Positions 31,309 to 47,567 of a stretch of DNA of 64,000 bases are shown piece by piece. The notes under the pieces were generated by a model. The model saw only the letters and a list, made by a program, of their open reading frames with translations. It did no database searches and had not been told where the DNA came from. The translations under genes and the position numbers were made by a program. The first letter of the stretch is position 1. Each line of letters opens with the position of its first letter. The stretch lies in assembly GCF_009914755.1 (NCBI RefSeq), contig NC_060947.1, one strand, 5' to 3'. The stretch comes from the human T2T-CHM13v2.0 reference genome, Homo sapiens.

Positions 31309-33441
31309 CTAAGTATAGCTTGTGTTGTACAGTTAGGTCTCTTGTCTCTAGTGAGTCAAATATTTTAATGGAAAAACAAGGGTTATAGATGTCGGTTAAA
31401 CATAGAAATTTGAAAGGAAGAGAAGTAATTCCCTTTGATTGTTGGTGTATAAAACCGGAATAGGCAAAATTCACAAGTCAAGATTAATTTCCAAGTCAAG
31501 ATAATTTCCATGTTTGAGCTTAAGGATGATCTATCAAATTGTTTTCTAAGAAACTCATTTCACTTTGATGTCCAGTAAAGGAAATAATCTGGTAGGGGGT
31601 TGGAGTTGCTGTTGCTTGTTTATTGTCTCTATCCCCAGTCTGTAATGTTCCACAAAAGCAGAGATATTTGATGCACTGTGTACTTCCATATATTCTCCTA
31701 TGATTAGAACAATATGTGACCCATTGCAGATGCTCAGTACACAATTTTTGAATGACTAAGCTTTGAGTTTTTATTTAAACACCTTTTTTTTGGATGAAAA
31801 GAAAAATTGAGAGAAGAAAATCTTAAGTATCCTAGGATCATATGTAGAATCAGAGGATTTCAACGTGCTGTATAAAAGGAGAGAGATTCTGGAACATAGG
31901 GCAAATTTTAGCAGAGTTGGGATAATGACTGGGTAAGAAAGGATAATTCTTTGTTCTAAAAGGGATTTCTCTGGTATTAAGGCCCTGTGTGAAAGCTGCT
32001 GGAGAAATTCAGTTCTGCAAAGTTTAAAGTAAATGGTTTGCTGTTTATGGAGTACTAGATTACTTAATGCAGTCCAGCCTTTATCTAGGTAAAGGTGATG
32101 CTTTTCCCATTGTGGAAGATGTTAGGATGCTAAGTTTGAATATGAAAATGTGTTGTGTGTTGTAGAGGCAATCAAATCACCATTTTGGTTGTATTTCCCA
32201 TTGAGAAAATTAAAGATGCTTCTGTTTGTGTAATAATTTTGTTTTTATGAAATAAAGCGTAAAACTTCATGTGGTAAAATTTCACACTGTGATTCATTGT
32301 ATTTGAGCATGCCTATGGAAAGTGATTGTTACTGTGTCAAATATTGAATGATTTGAATAATTACTAAGTTGTTCAGTTGTGTGTAGGATACTGCTGCTTT
32401 GACTTGGTAGAGAGCTTGTTCTAGCCCTGCTAGGTATGCCTAAATCTCTGTGACATAAAAAACAGGCTCTTTTAGAGTTGTGAGACTGCTACTTGAAATC
32501 AGGCAAAGCTGTGTGATTCCCAGCTGTTTCCACCACTTGAGTATTGAATAGGATTTATTAAGAAAAGTAGTGGTGTTATTCTTGGATAACTTAGTTGTAT
32601 CTGTGATAAGTTTTTTTCTCCCACTCAAACCTTTCCAAATTATATCTGAAGGCAATATTTTCAGATTCATTCCTGAAATATTTAGGAACTCTGCACAGTA
32701 CATTGTAGAAAGGGAAAAGAAAATTTACATTTTTTTGAGAATTACTGTGCTTGCTATTTGTGAGACTCCTTTTATTAAAGCAATTCTCATGGCTTTCTTT
32801 TTTTTGTGTGGGTAATAGCATCTCAATTTTAAATACCTGGAAAAAGAATGAGAGAGGTTGTTACTTTCTTTTTAAGATAGGCAGATTGTAAGTGACAGAA
32901 GTTGGATTTTGAATGAGTTATGTTTGAATCCAGAAATTATTTTTAATTGCTCCATGCCTATTTCCTGCTCTTTATCTTGCATCTTAGTGTGCTGAGGGAA
33001 AGGGATCAAATTCTTATGTGGTAGTAGAGAGATGCAGCAGAGTATGCTATGCTGAGACCTGACATACCTGCTCAGCAATACCGGAAATATAGAAATGAGG
33101 ACAGCTTGTCGGGTAGAAGAAACAGAAACCAAGAGCTAGAAAGGCGAGACTATATAAGAGATAGGGATAGCAAGCAGCTTGAGGCTTTTGCTGATTGAGT
33201 GTCCTGTCATAAGCAGAAGATGATTTAGTTCTGTGGTCTTAGAGAAAGGTGTTTTGAGAGAGGAGTTTCACACTGCCGCTTTTCCCATTTATCTTAGTTA
33301 TTTTGTTTAAAGGGATAGTCCCTTAGTTATCCACATGATACTTTTGTCTAGAATAATTTATACCATGACTTTTGCCAGATATTTCTGATTTGTGTATAGA
33401 TGGTTACTGAATTCATATAGATGGAAGGATATTGTGCATAA

Positions 33442-34213
<772 letters not shown>

Positions 34214-35692
34214 TAAGTACATTCACATTGTGGGATGCTTACCATCATCCATTTCCAGAACTTCTCTTCTTTCCAAACTGAAGCGCTGTACCCCTTAAGC
34301 AATAACTCCCCATCCCCCCAGCCCCTGGCAACCATCATTCTACTTTCTGTTTCTGCAAGCGTGACTAATCTGGGTACCCGTGTACGTGGAATTATGCAGT
34401 ATTGTTCTTTTGTGAATGACTTATTTCACTTAGCATGATGTCCTCAAGGTTCACCCATATCGTAGCACCTGTCAGAATTTCCTTTCTTTTTAAAAAATAC
34501 TAAATAATCCACTGAACATAGGTACCACATTTTGTTCGTCCTTGTATTGCTTCCTGGAAAGACTTTTAAAAGAGACACAGTATTGGCTTAGTAGACAAGG
34601 TGATCTCCCTGGCCCCCTACTTGCCCCACACTTGGGAATATATAGTCGCTAACCTCATCACTCTCAGGAGGAGATGGTAGGGAGTGGAGGTTGTATTTAT
34701 TTTCGGGAAAAAAAACAGACTCCCAGGTGGTGCTGATGAATCCATCTCTTCCTACCCTTTTGTGAATAGTTGAATCTGTGTTCAAGATTCCCAAGTTTTG
34801 CCTGAATTCTAGACGTGTAGAGCCAACTCTCTAGTGGTTTTCACCTCAGTTTCAATGTTAAGAACTGTACGAACTGCCACTCTACCCCTTTCCTTGGAAG
34901 AGAAGTGGACGGGAAACCTGGAGTCCAGGATTATATAAGCCAAGGAAGCTCAGAGTTTCAAGAAGGGAGAGGTGGTCAGTGTCTAATGATGAGAAGAGGG
35001 CAAACAGGATGAATATTGAGAAGCAGTTATTTGATTTGTCAGTAAGTAGAACATTGATCTGTGGACCTTCTTCTTATGCGTCCCCTAATGCACATACTCA
35101 AAAGCTTTGTATGTAATTTTTAGGGGAATTAATCTTGAAGCCCATCCCTACGTCTCGATTAAGACCTTCTGGCTTAAAGCAGTTTTAGTTTTAGTAGCTT
35201 TGGATGGAGCCAGGTGATGAGAGAGAATGGACAAAGTGGAAGGTGAGATGGGCGGGGCATGGTGGCTCACATCTGTAATCCTAGCACTTTGGGAGGCCAG
35301 GGAGGAGAATTGCTTGAGCCCAGGATCTCGTGACCAGCCTGGGTCTCAAAACAACAACAACAAAAAACCCAAAATTTACAACTTACCTACTTTGTCTTCA
35401 TCACATTTATTTAAAAAGAAAGAGAAGGGGGAAATGGAGACAGTCTTACGACTTGTGGGAAAAGGGAAGGGCAGACACTGGTGATTTTCAGTAGGGAAGA
35501 TTCAAGCACAGGCTGGGAAAAGATTGATTGGGGATGATGATGATTGGAGCATCATCCCTTGGAGAGGGTATACAATGGGATCATGACCCCAAGCTGAGGG
35601 ACAAGAAAAAGAAGAAACTGGAGCAGATTTGAAGTAGACAAGAATAAAGTTGAATTGGTTAGCTAATATTTTGAGTGCCAAGAAAATAATTA

Positions 35693-35867
<175 letters not shown>

Positions 35868-36524
35868 TCACATAATTTGTCAGCAGACCCAAAGTGGCTA
35901 AGGAAAATGATATGCAAGTTTCTCAAGGTTTTGAAAATTGTCTGCTTCACGTAACACTCTTTGTAATTTAGGGTGTATAAAATGGATAACAAAAGCGAAA
36001 GAGGGACTGCTTAAATCAGACTTTTTCATTTTTTTTTTCCACTTTATGTATTTAAAGAGCTTCTATGTCTTTAGACTCACCAGTACTTGATAGTATCAGT
36101 CTTAAAACTTTGTTTTGCTTCGCCAGTTTGATCAGTGGAACAAATTTTGGTTTTGTAATTTGCATTTTCGCAATTACTAATGAGGTTGAGAGGCAGGCTA
36201 GTGTAGCATTTAAGAGCTATGGACTCCCTGGGTTGGAATCCCATTTTGCCACTTAGTACTTACTGATACGGTAATTTACTTTTGCTCTCTGTGCCTCCCT
36301 TTCCTTACCTGTAAAGAGGGATGATACTAGTTCCTACTGTATACATTTGTAAGGATTACGGTGCTACAAACAGTGCCTAACATGCGAAAAGCTCTATTTT
36401 AAAATTATGTCTTATTTCATGTATTTATTAGTCACTTCTATTTCTTTTTGAGAAGTCTATCTTCATATCTGTTTTTCTACTTCTCCCTGAAGCTTCTGAA
36501 TTTTGCCTAGAGGAGGACATATCT

Positions 36525-37165
<641 letters not shown>

Positions 37166-38468
37166 ATTTTAAACATATTCCTCTAGCACTTTCTATAGTT
37201 GTTTACATTTTCCTCATTAATCTGCCTGTAATTTGTGTGTATGTCAGGTGGTGGCAGGGGTTAAAATGTACGTCAACTTTTTTTTGACAATGATAGAGAA
37301 CTTGAAGAGGAAGAAGTCTTAGAGTCAGATGTGAATTAGAGTCTGCTCTGCATAACTTAGGCAAGCCCCTGCTGTCTCTTATTTTTGACTCTGTAAAATG
37401 GAGATAATACTCAATTTCTGTGCTGCATAGACTGGGTATGAGAATCAAGTGAGTTGTGGCAGAGCACTTCGAAACTTCCTGCAGTGGCTTGGTAACCTAA
37501 GTGGTGAAAAATACTTGGGTATTAATATTACAGAAGCAAGCCCCCAGGTAAGTTTTATATACCATGGTATACATTTGGTTTTGAATGTCTTAAGCCAGGT
37601 CATAATTAGAAAACTTAGAAATGAAACTTTGCAATGCTTGTGGGAAGTCTCTCTCAATCTCTTGAGAGCCAGTGAGTTAGAACCAATCAGTTAAGTTTCT
37701 CTATCTGGTGGCACCTTAGAGTCATTCACTGGGGGAGATTTTTTGCAAAGTTCTGATGCCTAGGCCTTACTCCCAGATACTGTAATTTATTTCATCTGGA
37801 GAGGAACCTGGGCATCAGTGTTTTAAACAAAATCACTTCAGGTGATTTTATTGTGTAGCTGAAGAGGGCTACTGATCTAATGAATATAGAATTGAGGATT
37901 TGGTAGCATTCTCCTGTACTTGTTTGCTGGTCAGTTTGTAAAGAAGAGTTCCCTGTTCTTAAACAGTTGTGGCCTTGTAACCCTGTTATGGCTCTAGGAG
38001 TGGCTGGAGCCAAAACCTTGCCAAAGTAGAGAGCTGAGATCATCTGACAAATTCAGTTGTATTGGAGTATTATGTAGTTTGAACCCTCTTAAAATTTTAC
38101 CAGAGGTTTTTGGGGGGTTTTCAGGGTTTTTTGTTTGTAGGGGGTGGAGAGAGCGGGGATCTTAACAGAAATTTGTTCTCTCACAATTCTGAAGGCCAGA
38201 AGTCCAATATCAATGTGTTGGTAGGTTTGGTTTCTTCTCTGGCTTGCAGGTGGCCACCTTTTTGCTGCATCTTTACGTGGTCTTTACTCTGTATGCGTGC
38301 ACCCCTGATGTTTCTCTCCAAAGCGTCAAAGTTTATGTTAAAAGTACTTAGAAGCTAGTTTAAAAAACCATTTATAATGCCCTAGTATCAGTGATAAACG
38401 TTAGTTGTGCGGCCTGCCTTGAAATGTTTTAAAAAATCACTTTGTACTTTGTCTAAGTACACATGTTA

Positions 38469-39140
38469 CTGAAACAGGAGAGTTCCCTGACGCCCTCACA
38501 GGATGTGTGACAGGGGTGTGGCTCATTTATTCCTCTTATGGGAAGGGGAGCACACAGGTGAGCAGGTACAGGAGCCAGGGTGAGCGCTTTTGGGCTCCGG
38601 CCCCACAGCAGTGTCTAGGAGTGTTACAATGCTCCTTTAGCCCTGCTGTCCCAGCATAAGTGTTAAACAGCTCAGAGAAGAGTCAGTGTGACAGCCTTTT
38701 TGGGTTTCTGCATTTAGGGCATCCCGAGTTCTTTTCCTGTGTCTGGGAAGAATCAGGTCACAGGGACTTGAAGGATGGTGAATGTGGGGATGTTATTGAG
38801 TGGTGGAGGTGGCTGTCAGTGGGATGGGGAGCTGGAGAGGGGATGGAGTGGGAAGATGATCTTCTCCTGGAGTTCGGCTATCTCACAGCCAATCTCCAAC
38901 GGCCCCCAGCTTGAACCTCCTCTCCACCTTTAGACACTTCCTCTCTTCTCTCCTTCTCTGCTGTGCTTCTCTGCCACTCTTCTGCTTTTGGAGCCTGGGG
39001 CTTGGGGTTTATATGGGCACGGGATAGGGGTGCGTGGCAGGCCAAAAGGGAACACTTGGGCGTGAAAACAGGAATGCCTGTTCTCATTTAGGGCTGCAGG
39101 TCCAGGCTTGAGCCCTCACCAGGGACCCCACCCTCATACC
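38469..39140 (-). mobile_element. ERV1-class solo LTR (MER4-group, MER48/MER50-like; subfamily uncertain)
   Basis: TGAAACAGGAGAGTTCCCTGAC...ACAGGGGTGTGGCTC terminus; GC-richer block; minus-strand TATAAA at 39008-39013. Confidence 0.7.
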
Positions 39141-39490
39141 TCTTGTCCTTATTCTTACAGTGTAATGAATGCATCAGCAAATTGAAAACAGATAGTTTTT
39201 GCCGTTTCTTAATTTAATTAAAATGACAGTTAAGTACTTTGATATATTGCCTTTGGAGTCATTTCCAGGAGGCTATATTTGTTTGTTTTCTTGGTATAAT
39301 GGCCAGTGTACCAATGATCAGTTTTAAGTTAAATGTAGTATTAATGAAACTTCAGCTTTTTACTTTCTCTTCTTGTTTGTATAGCCCCTTTTTCCTGATT
39401 AGATTCACTGGTGATACTAAATTCGAACAGTTCCATAATTCATGTTTTTTATATCTAAAACCAATTACTTTTTCCCCTTTCTATTTGTAG

Positions 39491-39648
39491 GTTATGCAAT
39501 GGTCTCTGCAAGATGGTTTATTCTTGAATTGGACCTTTTTAAGACTGACAAATGCTGGTACTTCATCTTCTATAAGTGGACTATAATTTCTTTTCTCAAG
39601 ACAACTACATAAGCAGACAAAATTGCAAAGATCTGCCCTGTGTCGAGT
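39491..39648 (+). other. USP9X: 5'UTR part of USP9X exon 2 (158 nt)
   Basis: Strong polypyrimidine tract and TAG acceptor at 39488-39490; precedes ATG at 39649. Confidence 0.92.
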
Positions 39649-39744
39649 ATGACAGCCACGACTCGTGGCTCTCCGGTCGGAGGGAATGACAACCAGGGCC
39701 AGGCTCCTGATGGACAGTCTCAGCCCCCCCTCCAACAGAATCAG
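39649..39744 (+). CDS. USP9X: USP9X exon 2 coding part (aa 1-32, [32 protein letters not shown])
   Basis: Recognisable USP9X N-terminus; donor CAG|GTAGGA; phase 0. Confidence 0.97.
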
Positions 39745-39780
39745 GTAGGATGTTGAAGATACTAGTTAAAGCTACAGTGG

Positions 39781-40478
<698 letters not shown>

Positions 40479-41090
40479 GTGAACATAGGTCTTGCATAGT
40501 AACAAGAAAGCTCAAGTGGTGTAGATGGTAATACTTGAGTATGTAGTCCGTCTTTTTCTGATGGCTTATACTGTCAGTCATTAAAATTAACTAAGCCATG
40601 TGTCAATTCTAAGGGGGAAAGCATTAAATCATTCAGTGTAGCCTATGGTTAGCATTGGACCCATCATAAATCATGACACCACTTTCTACCCCATAAATAC
40701 ATACAATTGTAAATTGTCAATTTACAATAAGATTATAAAAAGAACATGGACCCAAGTCATGTTGCCTAGCGTTCAAATTTCAGCTTTGTACCATACTTGC
40801 GTTATGACTCTGGGTTAATTATATAACCTCTAAGCCTCAGTTTGTTTATCTGTACAATGAGGGTAATAATAGTGTAACTACTTCATGGACTGTTAAAAGG
40901 ATCAATTGAATTAATGCTAAACATAGATTTTGGTATTAAGGTTTTATGCTGGCCGCAAAACTCATAGGGTGTACCTCTTTCTGTTCTCTGGATGAATTTA
41001 TGCGAAGTTTATTATTTCTTCATTAATTGTTTGGAAGATTTTACTGGTGGACCCATCTGGCCTGGGGTTTTATTTATGGAAAAGTTTTAA

Positions 41091-41394
<304 letters not shown>

Positions 41395-41661
41395 GATCCA
41401 TTTTTTTTTTTTAAGTGGAGGAATTTTTTAATTTTTAGTGTCTTTTGGTAAATTATGGTTTTCAAGGAATTGGTTTATTTCATCTGGATTTTCAAATTTG
41501 AGGTAAAGTTGTTAACGACCCTTTTTATTATCTTTTTTGTGTCTTGGGGCCTATGGTAATGCCTCCTTATTTCTGATATTTCTGATACCACTACCAATGT
41601 CATTAAACCTTCTAAAAACAACTCTCTTGGCTTTACTCCCTCCCCCCACACCCCTCCCGCC

Positions 41662-41662
<1 letters not shown>

Positions 41663-41752
<90 letters not shown>

Positions 41753-41779
41753 GCACGCGCGCGCGCTCTCTCTCTCTCT
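41663..41779 (+). repeat. Compound microsatellite (AC)26(TC)18(GC-rich alternating 16 nt)(TC)6
   Basis: Read directly from sequence. Confidence 0.97.
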
Positions 41780-44583
41780 GTTCCTTTTGCTTACTTTGGA
41801 TTTGGTTTGCTGTTCTTTTTCTCATTTCTTGAAATGGAAATTTAGATAATTGATTTCAGTTGTCTTTTCTAATATATACAGTTTTATATTGGGAAGTATT
41901 AAATTGAATGGCAAAACATTAAAACTTACGATGTACAGCTCACATCACAACTTACCTTCTATAGAGGTAAGAGGTAAGTTGAGGTGTGTGTAAATGATCA
42001 CAAACATGCTGCTTCCAATTATTACATGTTTATGTAGAGTCAGGTAAGTTTTTAGGCAAAAGTGTTATTTTGAAGTTTTTATACTGTTATTTGGGGATAA
42101 GTTCTTATTGTCCAGCTATTACAGATTAGATATTCTATCGTAAGTAGTATAGAAAAGAGCTTCTGTCTGTCTCTCCTTTTTCTTCTTTCTCTGCCATTTT
42201 AGAGAAGTGAACAAGTCGGGGGTTTTTTCTCCCCCAAATAAATGTGTCAGTTTTATTCCTTTTCCTCTCTAGTTCCCATTTTCGAGACATAAAATATTAA
42301 AGTGTATGGTCACAGGTCTTGGACAGAGTTAAGACCTTCCTGTGACATAAATTTGTTAGCCAGTATTCAGGTTTTTAAAAGCGTAGTCAGAGGTTTGAGT
42401 TGGATGCTAAAGATTTCTAATTTTACACCAGAAGCTAGTAGTTAGAGTTCCAGTATCTTTCCCTCTTCCTTTTTCATTTTATACCTGCATTGTCCATGGA
42501 ATTCTAACCTTTTTTGCAATGTTTCTGACTTGCATGGCTTTAGACAAAAATCAAACCTTTAATTTAACCTTACTCTTATTTTAAGGTGTACTTGATGATT
42601 TTTAGAGCTCTTGGGTTTGTGATATTCAACCTAATATTCTGTGTCTACATTGTGTTCTTTTTCTTCTAAAAACTTTACATTTTTAAAGATGACTGGTAAT
42701 TTAAAATAACAAAGGAATGAAACAAATTACATTATCCCTCACTCTTACATTTTGTTTTTCTCTACTTTTTAATGTTAGGATTTTATTTTACAAGATCTGA
42801 CACGGTTGTACCAAGAAGCAGCAACCAAAGTGTTAATCACTGTTCAATTTAGGGCTCGCTTTTTGGATATGCTTTTTATGTGCTGGCATAAAGGGAATTT
42901 CTAAAATCAGATTTTTCACTTAATTTTTTTTAAGCATGCCTTTAAAAAAAATTCTCTTAGAGAATTTTAGGCTTTAGTATGTAGTAAAACTCGATAAATG
43001 AAACAGCCTTGGCAGAGACACCGTGGGATGAACACTCTTGGATGTGGTTGCTGGGAGGGTGCAAATTTTCTGGAATGAAATTTGGCAGTATTTGTCAGTG
43101 GCCTTCAAAGAAATTGTTTATACTGTTCTAGTAATTATATATCCAGGATCCTATCCTAAGGAAAAGTTGAAGTTCAACACAAAGGTTTATATATGAGAAC
43201 ATTAATTACAGCTATGTTTATGTTTGTTAGCAGTAAAAATTACCAAATACTAAACGTCCCCTTAATTTTGTTTAATTCATGCAATATTATCTGGCCATTA
43301 ATATTTTTTTAAGATTCTTAATCAAAAAATTGAATACCTAGATATATTGAATGGAAAAGGACAGAGACTTATGTATAATTCCAGTTTTATTGAACATATA
43401 TATGGACAGTTTTTATTTACTCTTAAAGATTACAAGGAAATAAATATCGGTGGTGTTTATAGGTGTGGAATTACAGGTGTTTTAAATTTTATTTTTTATA
43501 TTTTCTATGAGCATGTGTAAACTACCTGTATATCAGGGGGCAAGGAGTTAAAAAATAATAAAGCAGGCTTCCAAAGTTACATACTTCACATCAGACATTT
43601 TTGTTGGACTTGTAACACTTGACTTCCGTGCTGTAGTTTCCTGTGCCTTGAGACCAGCTCTGTGAGCACCTGCACAGTTTTACTGTGTTACTGTGAGCAC
43701 CTGCACAGTGCACCATTTAGTTACTAATTGACCATATGAGTTCATGTATAAACTTTGTGAGTAAAACATATTAATGCTGGTAAACTCATCTGTCTTCGTG
43801 CAAGTGCTTATTTATGCAACTCTTTATTTTACAACTGTTAAATAGGTGCTTGAATGATAAGGCGAGGGGCCCGTTTCTCTTAAAGGGCCATCAGCCTATA
43901 GTGAATAGAAAATTCAAGAACACATGAATAAAAATCAGTTTAAAATTTAGGTTAGTTTCATTTTGAAAGAGAAAATACCACCTGCTTTCTGAATTAAGAG
44001 TAAAGGTCATAAAAGTTCATTCACTTAGTTGTGAAAATATTATGCACTGTTAAAACGGGGGGAGAGAAAGACATGCTAAAAATGAGGAATGAAAGAGAAA
44101 AATAGCCACGTTAGTTGAAAGTGATGTTACTTATTTAAGAACCATAATCATGAACTTCTAAATAATTATTGTTTGGATAATGGTTTGGGTGTAGGGAAGT
44201 TATGGAATAATTACATTTTCTCCCTTCAAATAAAAAACAGAAGTTATAAATTACTTTATAATGTATAAAATGTGATGTATCATATTTGTGGAATAATTTC
44301 TGTCATGGCTTATATAATGGGAAATGTAAGCAGAGAGGCAGTACACATTATGATTAAGAACACAAACTATTTAGACTTTGATAGAAATCCTGAGTATAGA
44401 ATTTGAGCTGTGTGATCTTGGGCTACTTACTTTCTGAGTTTTTTTTCATCTATTAAATGGCAGTAACATATTTCATTAGGTTGTTGAGGATTAGATGAAA
44501 TTATTTTAAAGCACAGTAGTACAGAGATGGCCTGAAACATCATAAACTTTCAATTATTTTATCTTTTGTAAAAATTTACAATG

Positions 44584-44925
44584 CAGTTGTCCCTTAGTAT
44601 TCATGGAGGATTGGTTCCAAGACCTCTTACCACTTGGATAGCAAAATTGGTGTATGCTCAAGTCCCTGATATAAAATGGTTTAGTATTTGAATATAACTC
44701 ATGCACATCTTTCTGTATATACTTCACATCATCTCTAGATTACTTATGATGCCTAATACAGTGTAGATGCTATATAAATCATTATTATGCTATATTGTTT
44801 GGGGAATAATGACAAGCAAAAAAGTTTGTACATATTCAGCACATAGGCAATTTTTTCTGAATATTTTCGATCCAAGGTTGTTGGTTGACTTTGCAGATGC
44901 AGAACCCATGGATATGTAGGGCTAT
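44584..44925. mobile_element. MER2 (Tigger-derived) element
   Basis: CAGTTGTCCCTTAGTATTCATGGAGGATTGGTTCCAAGACC start; GCAGATGCAGAACCCATGGATA end. Confidence 0.8.
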
Positions 44926-45030
44926 TTACAAAATTTTTAAATCTGCAATGCTTGTCTATGTTGGTGTTTGGATTACTATTTTACATATGTTATAGAAACT
45001 TAAATGTGGAATGTTTAATTTTTAATTAAG

Positions 45031-45176
45031 ACTTCATCGCCTGATTCTTCCAATGAAAATTCCCCGGCAACTCCCCCAGATGAGCAAGGTCAAGGTGATG
45101 CCCCACCACAGCTTGAAGATGAGGAACCTGCATTTCCACATACTGACTTGGCCAAGTTGGATGACATGATCAACAG
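45031..45176 (+). CDS. USP9X: USP9X exon 3 ([49 protein letters not shown])
   Basis: 146 nt; AAG acceptor, CAG|GTGAGT donor; frame continuous with neighbours. Confidence 0.97.
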
Positions 45177-46322
45177 GTGAGTTGGTGTGTAACACCCAAG
45201 AAAGAGAGCAGACAGGAAAGTAACCCCACTGCCTCCTTAATAGTCTTTATAGCTTCGTCACTGCCAAGTGCTTTATAACCCATGATTCTTAATAGATTTA
45301 ATAAATGAAAGGGAGTGACAGTGTTAGTAAAAATTTCACATTAATGATGATGACCCTAGTTGGGTTGTTTCCGAAGTAAAATTGTATGTTCAGTTTCCCT
45401 CTTGGAGAGTTTATGAAGTTTTTTTCTCATTGGTCTCTTGGTTGCTGGATGACTTTCATAATTTTTGGGATGGCCTGAGGTAAATCAGGTCATGAGGACA
45501 TTGAGTTCCTCAGAGCCTGATCCTAGTGAACTCTTGACTAGTTTGAGCTATTTAACCATCCTAGATGTTTCCTTTTTTTGGTCTTCATCTCAGGGAACAG
45601 TTCAGAATATAATTTTTCACACTTATAGTACAAACAACCACCCTATCCCACCCCACACACTTTGATTATTTAGAGGAAACCTCCAAGAGAGTGAAGCTTT
45701 AAGCTTTTGTGCAGAGGAAGAAAAAGATTTCAAGAGGCTAGGGAAGAGCACATCAAGGAATCCCATGTGACTGTGATCTTCACCAGACTGTGGGCTCAAC
45801 AAGTGAGTGCTAGGAAGGTGCGACACATTTCCCCCTCACTCCCCAAAAGGAAAGTAATGAAAACACATGTTCTTAAAGGCACTTGCTTTACTGAGTTTTT
45901 TTTTAAATTTCATTTTCTAAAAATAAGTCAACACTATTAAATGCATAATGTGAGGGGAAATAGAAATCCTTTGCATTAAAAAAAGAAATCTAAATACATA
46001 AATAATGAGTATGCGTTAACAGAAATATTTTGTGTAGGTAAATTTCTCTGTAATTTCCCCCTTACATACACATATTCCTGCCAAAAATTACTGTTAACAA
46101 TCAATACATTCTTCAGATTACCTTTGTGTTTACTATCATATATGAATTGATTTTTCTATAAATAGAGGATTCTTACTATAATTTTGTAACTTGCTTTCAT
46201 TTATCTTGAATATTTTTCCTATTAATAAATTCCATTGTTTTTAATTATATATTTATAAGAATACATTGTGTGATTCTGGCAGGTGCCTATAGTAATGGTA
46301 TATAATAAATTATATTTAATAG

Positions 46323-47056
<734 letters not shown>

Positions 47057-47487
47057 AACCCTGTCTCTTACCAAAAAAAAAAAGGGGGGTGGCGGGGCAA
47101 TGAAGAGGTTTATCATAATGTCTCCTTTGATCTGAATCCTGAAAGAGCACTTCCCTATGAATTTTAACAAAAATATCCATGATACCTAATTAGTTAATAT
47201 TTGATTGTTATAATAGTTTTATATCCTAAGTTATCAAGATAATTTAGTTTTCTTCCCTCTCTTATTGCTGTATCTTTTGACAGTACCTGTAAAAATTTGT
47301 AGAGACATCAGGTGGTGCTTAGTCCCACAAAGCAGATAATCTGCCAACCTTGTCTTAATATTTTAATGTTATTTTAATATTAATATTAAATATTTTCATA
47401 GCAAGATAATTATAATTAGTAGCTCATTTGTAGTGCCTCTTTTAGTGTACAACCATTAAGCATGTTTTTGTTTGGTAAAACTTTTAG

Positions 47488-47567
47488 GCCTCGATGGGTG
47501 GTTCCAGTTTTGCCGAAAGGGGAATTAGAAGTGCTTTTAGAAGCTGCTATTGATCTTAGTAAAAAGG
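47488..47567 (+). CDS. USP9X: USP9X exon 4 ([26 protein letters not shown])
   Basis: 80 nt; TAG acceptor, AGG|GTAAGT donor; also visible inside ORF 47462..47668. Confidence 0.97.

Noticed and set aside
31474-31511. Near-tandem duplication CAAGTCAAGAT(T)AATTTC
   Set aside because: Ordinary short slippage duplication with no supporting functional signal
41475-41845. ORFs with RERERE/VCVCVC/THTHTH runs
   Set aside because: Translation of the dinucleotide microsatellite
43660-43709. Direct repeat-spacer-repeat as a CRISPR-like array
   Set aside because: Only two 19-bp copies, 12-nt spacer, eukaryotic intron, no cas genes
47373-47390. 18-bp palindrome TTTAATATTAATATTAAA upstream of exon 4
   Set aside because: Pure AT low-complexity context where such palindromes arise readily by chance
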